Positions 27,347-35,473 of a DNA stretch of 64,000 nt are shown here, one piece after another. Source of the DNA: a virus. Location of the stretch: the IMG/VR virus record IMGVR_UViG_3300005573_001621; one strand, given 5' to 3'. The notes under the pieces are model-generated. The model was not told where the DNA came from and made no database searches. It saw nothing but the letters and a program-made list of their open reading frames with translations. How positions within the stretch are numbered: the stretch's first letter is position 1; each line of letters starts with the position of its first letter. A program made the position numbers and the translations under genes.

Positions 27347-29389
27347 ATGCCAGCCTCGAAAGATCTTGATTTACTCAGCAGCCCAGTTATGCGAGTGAAA
27401 GAATCGTTTCGTCGATTTCAAGAGCTCGGGGAGAGATATGACTCACCAGGGACTTACGGTTATATCGCATTGAATCTAACAAGTCGGGCTCTAGAGTCGG
27501 GAGATTTGATTTATACTACTTATTCTAACTTCACCGGGCAAGCTAAAGTCGTAGAGATTCAATATGCAGAGTCAAGTCCGTCTTCAGCTACGATTCGGCT
27601 TGCAGAAATTCAGGGTCAGTTCCATAAAGATGGCCAAGTCTACAAAGACTCGACTTTTGTTGGAGTGATAACGAGTGATGGAGTATTTAACAAAAATTTA
27701 GCTTGGTTTCTTACTTTAGTTGAGGAATTCAGAGAAGCTTCTTCACATCTTCTTTTTAGCCCGACAGGGATAATCTTCTGGATCTTTTACTGGGAAGCTG
27801 AGACGCTAGAGACTCTCGGAGTTCATAAAGCTCGAGCTTTAACAGATCAGAATAAAGATTTTGTAGTTTCTCCTATATACTCTTCTCAGAGTCCAGACGA
27901 TCCTACTTTTTACAAACTAGAGCTAACTGTTAATGATACTACTGTAGAAGTTCCGCTTTCATCATTAGACTCGATTTTAGTTTATGACTCTGGCGAGCTC
28001 AAAGCTCGAGTCCCTTCTATAACAGCTTCAGCAGATTATACTGTAAGAGATTATGCTTCTGCGTTTAGAGCTATTACAGATCTCATAAGCTTAACAGACC
28101 CTGATTTAGCTAAGCTCCTTGGTGCTCCTGGCTCTGCAGATTCTTTGCTTTTAGATGTTTTAGCATATCTATATGACAGGCTTCAATTCTACGTTGATTT
28201 ATCAAACTCTTCTTGGGATATAGAATCAGCTTCAGGCGAACTGCTAGATATTTTAGCTAGAAATCTGGGCTACGAGCCAGTTCCTCCTCTTCCATCTAAG
28301 CTTCGAATTTATGTCTCATTTCGCCCAGAATTTACTTCTCAAGTTGCCGCATATCTCTTAACAAAACTTCCTATGACTGACTCTGAGAAGCTGACGCTTG
28401 TTGATGCTTATAATTCCCCAGATTTGAGCGTGAAGCTTTCAGCTCCAGCTTGGGCAGGGCTCGCTGAAGCTCTACCCAAAAAGATCACGCTAGAAGGCTT
28501 TTCTTTTTATCCGGAGTCTTCATCTGATGAACTGTCTAGAGAGCTCTCTGTATCTTTAACTTCTAGCCGAGCTTATCGCGTGGTTGGTTCAGAGGTTCCC
28601 AGAGTCTATGTACAGAGAGTTCCAGTTTCAGAAGTTGTTCATATTGATTTAGCATTGAGCAAATCAAGAGAAGTTTCTCTACAATACGTCCCGGTTGATC
28701 CTTCGTCGATCAAGCTCTCCTCTCCAGAAAATTCTTTTGTGGAGTTCGTTTTAATCACTGGCGCTTCAGATCTAATGGCAGCTTTCCACGATATAGCTCT
28801 GTCATATCAATCTGATCCTTCAAAGATCAAAGTTCCAGTCTTCGTTTCAATAAATCGAGCTGGGAAAGCAACTTTAACTTTCTTAGCGCCTATCACTGGG
28901 TCTTTTGCTCCATCTTCTTTGGCAGTAGAGGTTTCTTACGCGACTCACGACGCAGAAAGAGCAAACGCTATGTTCCCAGAGGGTTCAGTTTTTGTTCCGA
29001 TTGATTCACAAGGGCTATCGAGCTTGACCGTCTCTTATGGCAAGAGCAGAAAAGTAATCACGATGTCAGAATTACTGGACTCGGGATTTTGGTCAGCATC
29101 TCCCGTAGCTTATTGGAGGATCGATCCAGACTACTCAACTTATGGGGGCTATTCTGGCGATACCGATCAACTAGTTCGAGCAGCAATTCGAGAGTATGTT
29201 TCGGGAGTAAAAGCTTCTACTCTGTCTCCAGTGAAGTTCTTACAGAGAGCAGTAGTTGAAGAAGACTACGAGCTGCTTTTGAAGTCTTGGAATAAACAAA
29301 AGATTCTGGATGTAAAAGTCGTCCCTCGGGCTAGACAGATTAGATTAGTTATCCCGGAGAAAGAAAAACAAGAGGTTACGACGTCATAA
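27347..29389 (+). CDS. Baseplate wedge subunit (T4 gp6/baseplate J-like), N-part with about 230-aa extension
   Basis: LLLDVLAY...LQFYVD......ESA......ARNLGYEP; RAVVEEDY. Confidence 0.8.
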   Translation: MPASKDLDLLSSPVMRVKESFRRFQELGERYDSPGTYGYIALNLTSRALESGDLIYTTYSNFTGQAKVVEIQYAESSPSSATIRLAEIQGQFHKDGQVYKDSTFVGVITSDGVFNKNLAWFLTLVEEFREASSHLLFSPTGIIFWIFYWEAETLETLGVHKARALTDQNKDFVVSPIYSSQSPDDPTFYKLELTVNDTTVEVPLSSLDSILVYDSGELKARVPSITASADYTVRDYASAFRAITDLISLTDPDLAKLLGAPGSADSLLLDVLAYLYDRLQFYVDLSNSSWDIESASGELLDILARNLGYEPVPPLPSKLRIYVSFRPEFTSQVAAYLLTKLPMTDSEKLTLVDAYNSPDLSVKLSAPAWAGLAEALPKKITLEGFSFYPESSSDELSRELSVSLTSSRAYRVVGSEVPRVYVQRVPVSEVVHIDLALSKSREVSLQYVPVDPSSIKLSSPENSFVEFVLITGASDLMAAFHDIALSYQSDPSKIKVPVFVSINRAGKATLTFLAPITGSFAPSSLAVEVSYATHDAERANAMFPEGSVFVPIDSQGLSSLTVSYGKSRKVITMSELLDSGFWSASPVAYWRIDPDYSTYGGYSGDTDQLVRAAIREYVSGVKASTLSPVKFLQRAVVEEDYELLLKSWNKQKILDVKVVPRARQIRLVIPEKEKQEVTTS

Positions 29390-30048
29390 TGCCACTGGCT
29401 TCTTCTGTCCAAGTCACAACTTTTCCTTTCTTCTTGGACGTCTATATAGTCCCGATCGGGACTAAATTAGTTAAGCTTCAAATCGGAGGCAAAGAAAAGA
29501 AGTTTTTTGTAAATGTTCCTTTTCAATTCAGCTCTTCAGACCCTTTAGCATCATCTATTTATGAGTATTTATCTAAATATCGCTTAATGCATCAATATTT
29601 AAGAGTTTTATCGGCTACTTTAGTTCCTATTAGAATTCGAGGGAAGATCTATGCTGATGATCAAGATGCGTGTTTAGCAGCTTTAATGGATGCTCAGTCT
29701 CGGTTTCTGGACGAAGCTAAAATAGGGAAAGTTCCAGTGCCTTCTGACGCTTTCAAAGCTCTGACAGCTTCTAAAAAGTTTACAGCAGTATTTCAGTTAG
29801 ATTGGACGGAAGTTTTAGCTGAAGTTGCTCAACTGTCAAAGCGCTCGGATCTTGACTCTTGCTTTGCGTTTTTTACGATTTTAGATGCAAATGATGCTCT
29901 GACTGTTACTATCAAGCCTCTGTCTGAAGCTGCAGCAGCAGAAGATACGACTCAGATGCGAGAGCTGCCAGTACTCTTCGAAATTCCGCTTGAGAGCGCT
30001 GAAGGACTCGTAATTCCGCCATCAGAACCACAACAATCGACGGAGTAG
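29389..30048 (+). CDS. Baseplate wedge gp6-like C-terminal part encoded separately
   Basis: DVYIVP...IYEYLSKYRLM...V.SA..VPI.I.GKI; TAATG coupling. Confidence 0.6.
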   Translation: MPLASSVQVTTFPFFLDVYIVPIGTKLVKLQIGGKEKKFFVNVPFQFSSSDPLASSIYEYLSKYRLMHQYLRVLSATLVPIRIRGKIYADDQDACLAALMDAQSRFLDEAKIGKVPVPSDAFKALTASKKFTAVFQLDWTEVLAEVAQLSKRSDLDSCFAFFTILDANDALTVTIKPLSEAAAAEDTTQMRELPVLFEIPLESAEGLVIPPSEPQQSTE

Positions 30049-30094
30049 TCGAGTCTACTCTCCAGAAGACTATCCTTACTTTTGAGGAGGCAGT

Positions 30095-31000
30095 TTGCAA
30101 AAGTTAGTTGTCATAGGAAATGCGTTGTCGGGACTTACTTGGCTTTGGAGAGTAAGTCGCCAGTACCCTGATGTTCTTAAATCTAGAAAAATTCAAGTCT
30201 TCGGAAAGCCATTTGTTCCGACAACTTATGCGCCTCTGGTCTCAGATGGCGTCTTTCAATTTCTTCTGAGCCAAGGGCTCGATTCTGTTAAGCTTCGCAA
30301 GCTCAAATATACCTATTGGGACGGCAAGCAGTTTATATCGGCTAAAGAAGGGAAAGAAGCATATCTAAAGAAGTTTCCTTCAAACGCTGATACTTCTCTC
30401 CGTGGCTCGGCAGTGGTTAAAAGAGAAGGTGACTTCATCTTAGCTGACGATTCTTTGTTCGTAGCATTAGAGAGATTCCGGAGCGAATTAAAAGACTGTT
30501 TCAACGCGGAGTTTATCCCTAGAGTTCTTCTATCAAAAGCTGACTGGGAAGAGATCACTGAGGACTCAGACTTGATAGTCTGGGCGACTGCTATTCGGAG
30601 CTTATTTGAATGGTTATGTGATGAAGATCGTTGGTTTAAAGAAATTTTAGACGAAATTGATAGAGCATTACTTCCTATAACAGTTGTGGGAACTGAAGGG
30701 CTGGAGAGCGAATGTTTGAGCCTCTTCGAGACCGAGTATGATTATATTTACGATGCTAGAGAAGCTTCTCGGTATTATCGATTCTGGCCGCAGTATAAAG
30801 CAGCTGAAATCAGGCCCGAGACGCAATCGCTTTCTGATAAAGTTTTGTTTAAAGGAGACAAAAATTTATTCGAGCTCTGGCTGAAACCTTTTATATGGAG
30901 AGATAAGCGAGTGATCCCATTCGCTCGTGGAGCGTTAATCGCTCAAATAGTATGGCGAGATCTTTTTGAAATTGATCTCGGGCTCTACGAAGGAGGATAA
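30095..31000 (+). CDS. FAD/NAD-binding oxidoreductase-like protein (degenerate Rossmann motif)
   Basis: KLVVIGNALSGL, DLIVWATAI, YDYIYD, VIPFARGA; GAGGAGG SD. Confidence 0.5.
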   Translation: MQKLVVIGNALSGLTWLWRVSRQYPDVLKSRKIQVFGKPFVPTTYAPLVSDGVFQFLLSQGLDSVKLRKLKYTYWDGKQFISAKEGKEAYLKKFPSNADTSLRGSAVVKREGDFILADDSLFVALERFRSELKDCFNAEFIPRVLLSKADWEEITEDSDLIVWATAIRSLFEWLCDEDRWFKEILDEIDRALLPITVVGTEGLESECLSLFETEYDYIYDAREASRYYRFWPQYKAAEIRPETQSLSDKVLFKGDKNLFELWLKPFIWRDKRVIPFARGALIAQIVWRDLFEIDLGLYEGG

Positions 31001-31001
31001 C

Positions 31002-33155
31002 TTGAGAGAAGATATTAAAAAAGAGAGACATAAGCTTGGATCTTTGCCCTTCGGAGACTGGCTAGATGAGAAATTAAAGCCGACTGAAGTTCGCTTAATA
31101 CGAGGGGCTTCGAAACTCGAGCTAGAGTGCATCTCAAGGCCAGAAGATACTTTTTATCGAGGCATGTTTGATATGGCTCTAGCAACTTGGGGGACTAATG
31201 AATTCCCTAATAAGTGGAATCAGTCAGACCCTCTTACTCGATTCAAAGTGATCTGGGACGTTTTACACGGGAAAGTAGGAGGACATGCTTTAGAATCGCC
31301 TTCTTGGTCATTTATTGTTAGAGGAATGCCCAGGCACGGGTTCTGTGTAGCTCCAGGGACTCTGATTCAGCTTGCTTCTGGCGCAGTAAAGCCCATTGAA
31401 GAAGTCACTAGAGGAGAGAAAGTTCTAACTGTAGAGGGCTTTCAAGCAGTTGAAGAAACTCTATATAGAGATGTTAAAGAAGAGCCGATGATAAAAATAT
31501 CTCTTTTTGGAGTTCCCCAAGCTCCGATCTTTGTGACTTCTGATCACTCAGTTCTGGCTTTCCGTCCGAAGCTTAGAACGATCGAAGAGCTGATATCTGC
31601 TGATCAGAGTGATTTCGACTGGATTCCAGCAAAAGATATTCGACCGGGCGATTATCTAGCTCAGCGACTCCCAGATTTTCCCGAAGAAGATATTCAGATT
31701 GACTTCTCAAGATACGAATCGCCGACAATTGGAAGAAATCAATACGGAATAACACATCACGCAGTTAGATTTGATGATAAAGATCGTCTGGGAAAGCGGA
31801 CGATCGATGAAGATCTGTGCAGAATAATTGGATGGTATCTAGCTGAAGGATGGGTGCCTAAAACTTCCCGTAAGAGACAACGCGTTTGTTTCTCTCTAGG
31901 GCGCTCGGATTTATATGCTCAAAAGTTAAAAGACTCCGTCTTAAAAGTTTTCCCTTCAGACGCTAGATTCCCTGTAAATGCTTTGACTAAAAAGCTCTCT
32001 CATGGGTTTGAGATCCAAAATAACGCTTTTGCGAAGTTCTTAAGTGAACAATTCGGACGGACTGAGATAGAGAAACGCCTCCCTTCTTGGGTATATTCTT
32101 TGAAGAAGCCTCTAGCTAAAGTTCTTTTAGAAGCATATCTCGAAGGCGATGGCTGGAAGTCTAAACACGGATGGAAAGCTTGCAGCATTTCACTCGAACT
32201 TATCTTGGGAATGAAGACTCTGGCGGAAAAGCTTGGTTTATCTACTCGGTTTAGAATACTCCGAGCTCAAGCGTCAAAGAGATATAGAAACCCGCATGAT
32301 CAAGGTTGGTTAATATTGCATGATACTACTGAAGATCTAAATGAAGTACCCAATCTTTATCCAGCGCAAAAGAAAGTAATTCGAGTCGGAGACTTCTTGC
32401 TTCGTCTTGTTAGGAAGACTGAACAAGTCTTATATACTGGGCGAGTTTTTAATTTAGAAGTTCCAAGAGGGAATAGCTATACAACTCTCGGCGCGACGAT
32501 TCATAACTGCCAAGATCGTACTTCGCGAGTGGGTAGTGTTTTTGGGAGTTCTGGATGTAGGGACAATGCGAGAGGACTCGATTGCGATTTTATTTTATAC
32601 CCCAGCTTGTATGATGATCCAGAGATTCGAAAGAAGCTTGAGAAACATTTTAAAGAAGTTCGAAAGCTGTATCATTGGCTAATCACAAAGAAGCTGCTCT
32701 CGTACCAAGATGCAAGAAGCATACTCCCGATGTCATATCATCATCCCTATACAGTTCAGAGAAATCTTCGAGCTTGGTTAGCATTTTTCTCTGGAAGAGC
32801 CTGTTTCGGCGAAGAATTCGCTATAAATTCTATGTCGTGGCGACTCCGTCAGTTTATGATCGATGAGGGATGGTATATGATAGCAGATGTGATGAGACCA
32901 AGATGCGATTATGCTAAGAAATGCTTATCGACGAACCCTTATTATGCAGCACTTTTCCAGGGCTGTGGAAGATGGCCTATGCCAGAAGAAAGTAAAGATG
33001 CTGCATCTTTTCCTTTCCCAAATACTAGTAAGAGGATCCAAGAAGAATGTCTGGGGTTTAAAATCCCTGCGCCAAACGAGTATCTAGACATTACTCGAGA
33101 TGAAGCAGGATTTGAGAAAATAAGCAAGAAAGAAAAAGAAGTTTTCTGCAGTTAA
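31002..33155 (+). CDS. thyX: ThyX-like flavin-dependent thymidylate synthase, divergent, intein-containing
   Basis: ALE..SWSFIVRGMPR, Q.R..R......S...R, YQDARSILP, NLR..LAFFSGR; TTG start after AGGAGG preferred over 30966. Confidence 0.75.
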   Translation: MREDIKKERHKLGSLPFGDWLDEKLKPTEVRLIRGASKLELECISRPEDTFYRGMFDMALATWGTNEFPNKWNQSDPLTRFKVIWDVLHGKVGGHALESPSWSFIVRGMPRHGFCVAPGTLIQLASGAVKPIEEVTRGEKVLTVEGFQAVEETLYRDVKEEPMIKISLFGVPQAPIFVTSDHSVLAFRPKLRTIEELISADQSDFDWIPAKDIRPGDYLAQRLPDFPEEDIQIDFSRYESPTIGRNQYGITHHAVRFDDKDRLGKRTIDEDLCRIIGWYLAEGWVPKTSRKRQRVCFSLGRSDLYAQKLKDSVLKVFPSDARFPVNALTKKLSHGFEIQNNAFAKFLSEQFGRTEIEKRLPSWVYSLKKPLAKVLLEAYLEGDGWKSKHGWKACSISLELILGMKTLAEKLGLSTRFRILRAQASKRYRNPHDQGWLILHDTTEDLNEVPNLYPAQKKVIRVGDFLLRLVRKTEQVLYTGRVFNLEVPRGNSYTTLGATIHNCQDRTSRVGSVFGSSGCRDNARGLDCDFILYPSLYDDPEIRKKLEKHFKEVRKLYHWLITKKLLSYQDARSILPMSYHHPYTVQRNLRAWLAFFSGRACFGEEFAINSMSWRLRQFMIDEGWYMIADVMRPRCDYAKKCLSTNPYYAALFQGCGRWPMPEESKDAASFPFPNTSKRIQEECLGFKIPAPNEYLDITRDEAGFEKISKKEKEVFCS
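31344..32507 (+). mobile_element. Intein (388 aa) with LAGLIDADG homing endonuclease
   Basis: Starts CVAPGTLI, VTSDHSV block B, IGWYLAEG and LEAYLEGDG, ends VFNLEV....YTTLGATIHN/C. Confidence 0.95.
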
Positions 33156-33174
33156 AGTTTCAAGGAGGCAAGAA

Positions 33175-33567
33175 ATGCCATATTATTATCCAAACAGAAG
33201 AGGTAACCAGCTTCCGCTGGATTCAAGTCAGCAGCAAGGTGCTCAGCACCAGTCTGATATAACTTGGGTTGCTAGAATCCCTAAGAACTTCAGGCAGTAC
33301 TTAGCAATAGGAACAAGGTCTTATAAAGGGCAGATTTATATCTGTCTAGCAGTAGTTGATCAAGCAACAGATAGAATCAGACGAATGATAAATCTGACGC
33401 CTCAGCAGGCTCTGGACGTAAGCACAGCGTTGTCAAGGACAGCAAGCAGCTTCCCTGCTCAGGGCTCTCAACAGCCAGTCCCTCCAGCTTCTCCCGTCAC
33501 ACAAGCTCCGCAAAATCCCCCAGCTCAGCAATCTGGCTCGCCTGGAGGATCTTATGGAAGATTCTGA
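33175..33567 (+). CDS. PC4/YdbC-like ssDNA-binding protein with Q/P-rich tails
   Basis: IPKN....IGTRSYKGQIYI.......INLT...A.DV..AL. Confidence 0.5.
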   Translation: MPYYYPNRRGNQLPLDSSQQQGAQHQSDITWVARIPKNFRQYLAIGTRSYKGQIYICLAVVDQATDRIRRMINLTPQQALDVSTALSRTASSFPAQGSQQPVPPASPVTQAPQNPPAQQSGSPGGSYGRF

Positions 33568-34138
33568 AGCCACTTTTGAAGATGTAAAAAAGCTCCTTGA
33601 AAAGGCTGCTTCTCTGCCTTTGCTAGAGAAAGAGAGCGTTTATCGAGTCGATGAGCATGCTTTTGCTCCTTTAGTGTTCGAGATTCACTCTAGTAACTTC
33701 AATCAAGAATTCAAAACTCTAGCTCGTCTCTTAGAGCCATACTCTTTCCGATCTCATTTTAATGCAGAACTAGTCCAGTATCGGGCTTTCATTGCTCTCT
33801 TATCTGCCCAGATCGAAACTCTTAAATACTTCTTCGGACAGATAGGAAGAAAATTAGTAGTAGCGCGCCCTGATGAATGTATATCTTTGATTCAGATCTC
33901 GTATGACGACGCAATAGCAGTGACTTCAGCTCATCTCCGGTCTTCTTCTTTAGAGCTCTTTGCTTCAGATCTCTTATTCTTGTTTTCTGTCCCTCATCTT
34001 CTGGACTTAAAGAGCTCTATCTGGGTTTATCAGATTTCTGTTAATAATCTTCATCGAGGGGTACGAGCAGCTCTTCCAAAGGAGCAGCCAAAGGCTTTTT
34101 CCATAAAAGACTTCGAAAAAGCAAAGAAGCAAAAGTGA
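33554..34138 (+). CDS. Hypothetical protein
   Basis: GGAGG SD, intact ORF. Confidence 0.65.
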   Translation: MEDSEATFEDVKKLLEKAASLPLLEKESVYRVDEHAFAPLVFEIHSSNFNQEFKTLARLLEPYSFRSHFNAELVQYRAFIALLSAQIETLKYFFGQIGRKLVVARPDECISLIQISYDDAIAVTSAHLRSSSLELFASDLLFLFSVPHLLDLKSSIWVYQISVNNLHRGVRAALPKEQPKAFSIKDFEKAKKQK

Positions 34139-34165
34139 GTTAGCAAGTCTCTACTGCGGCGATCT

Positions 34166-34171
34166 TAAAAT
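34166..34171 (+). promoter_or_regulatory. -10 element candidate (TAAAAT) before SD-less rpsU
   Basis: TAAAAT-caatagaa-ATG. Confidence 0.4.
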
Positions 34172-34179
34172 CAATAGAA

Positions 34180-34413
34180 ATGGGAAAAACGTCTTGGGCT
34201 GAAGAAAATGGCTTGTTTAAGTGGGGAGCAGCAGTCTATCTGCGTCCCGGAGAGACTCAAGAGCATTTGCTCAAAAGGTTTAGCAAAAAAGTCTGGAAGC
34301 TCGGAATTCTTAAAGCCGTGCATGCGAAAGAATATTATCAAAAGCCCTCTGAAAAAAGAAAGCAGAAGCAATTTCGAGCGAGGAAAAGAGCAGAAGCTCT
34401 GTTAAATGGATGA
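34180..34413 (+). CDS. rpsU: Ribosomal protein bS21
   Basis: VYLRPGE..E.LLKRF.KKV.K.GIL......EYYQKPSEKRK.K...ARKR. Confidence 0.9.
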   Translation: MGKTSWAEENGLFKWGAAVYLRPGETQEHLLKRFSKKVWKLGILKAVHAKEYYQKPSEKRKQKQFRARKRAEALLNG

Positions 34414-34751
34414 AAAAGACTCTATATCCATACAAGCAGAAGACTGCGGGAGAATTTTTTACTAAGTCGTTAGTGATCTTACTAACGGGCGAAGACTTGG
34501 TGCTACTCAGGGAGTCTTTGGGCTATAAGTCGATTTTTTCTAGAACGGAAGTAGCTGCTTGGCTCCAAGCTAATTGGAGTAGAGTATGGGGATTTTCAGC
34601 TCTTGGAGAAGCTAAAATTACAGCTCTTAAGTCTGATGATCCCACTGTTCAAGAATTTAGAATCGATATTGAGCTGCCTGAAGACTCCCCATTTAGATCA
34701 CCCGAGACAGAAACTACTATAAAAGTAAAAGTTCCAGTCGAAGTCGAGTAA
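34410..34751 (+). CDS. Hypothetical protein
   Basis: ATGA overlap. Confidence 0.6.
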   Translation: MKKTLYPYKQKTAGEFFTKSLVILLTGEDLVLLRESLGYKSIFSRTEVAAWLQANWSRVWGFSALGEAKITALKSDDPTVQEFRIDIELPEDSPFRSPETETTIKVKVPVEVE

Positions 34752-34757
34752 GGTTCT

Positions 34758-35471
34758 ATGCCTTCTACTAAAGATCAAGTTCTAAACATCAAGAAGCCCC
34801 GAGGACCCAAGAAAGACTGGTGGCTCAAGAACCGTGAAGATTACTGGAATTTATGGCTGATAAACAGCGCTCTGTTATGGGGAGTAACAATAAGATACTA
34901 TCTTCTCTGCGCTCGATTTAACCTGGGAAGACTTGTTTCTCCTACTCCAACCGAAAAAGAAAACTTAGATCTACCGACGTCTCCTCGAGAGTTCTTCAGA
35001 GAGGAGTTTGTAGCTGGCTCGATCAAAGAAGAAAAAGAAGCAAATGTCCCTTCTAAGTTCTGGGTGTTTGAGACAAAAGCTTTCTATCGAGAGGAGCCGA
35101 CTAGCTTGGAGCTAGCGGTCTTTGGGATCAGTGAGAAAAGAAATCTCTTGATAGGGATCCCTCTTGATTCTTGGAGAGCAGATGCTAAGCAAGTGATTGA
35201 TCAAAACAGCTCTTTTTTTAGAGATCCTTTCATGCCTTTACCTTTAGATTTCGTAGAAGTTCAGCCCTTTGGCTACTTAGACTCGAGTTTTGAGGATGTT
35301 ACTCGAGAGTCACAATACTATGCTTATTATCCGGGAAGCAGATTTTATAGAATAACAGAAGCTCTTCCCGTGGCTGGGACGCTTGTTGGTCCCTCTTTAG
35401 GATGTGTTCTGACAGCAGTTTTTGATCTTGAACATAGAAAGCTCTTAACTCTCAACAGAGTGCCAGATTAA
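34758..35471 (+). CDS. Hypothetical protein, possible neck/head-closure protein
   Basis: LLWGVTIRYY pattern loosely like gp14-type neck proteins. Confidence 0.3.
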   Translation: MPSTKDQVLNIKKPRGPKKDWWLKNREDYWNLWLINSALLWGVTIRYYLLCARFNLGRLVSPTPTEKENLDLPTSPREFFREEFVAGSIKEEKEANVPSKFWVFETKAFYREEPTSLELAVFGISEKRNLLIGIPLDSWRADAKQVIDQNSSFFRDPFMPLPLDFVEVQPFGYLDSSFEDVTRESQYYAYYPGSRFYRITEALPVAGTLVGPSLGCVLTAVFDLEHRKLLTLNRVPD

Positions 35472-35473
35472 CT

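Noticed and set aside
29360-29391. Programmed -1 frameshift joining the two gp6 parts
   Set aside because: No valid X XXY YYZ site; TAATG coupling explains expression
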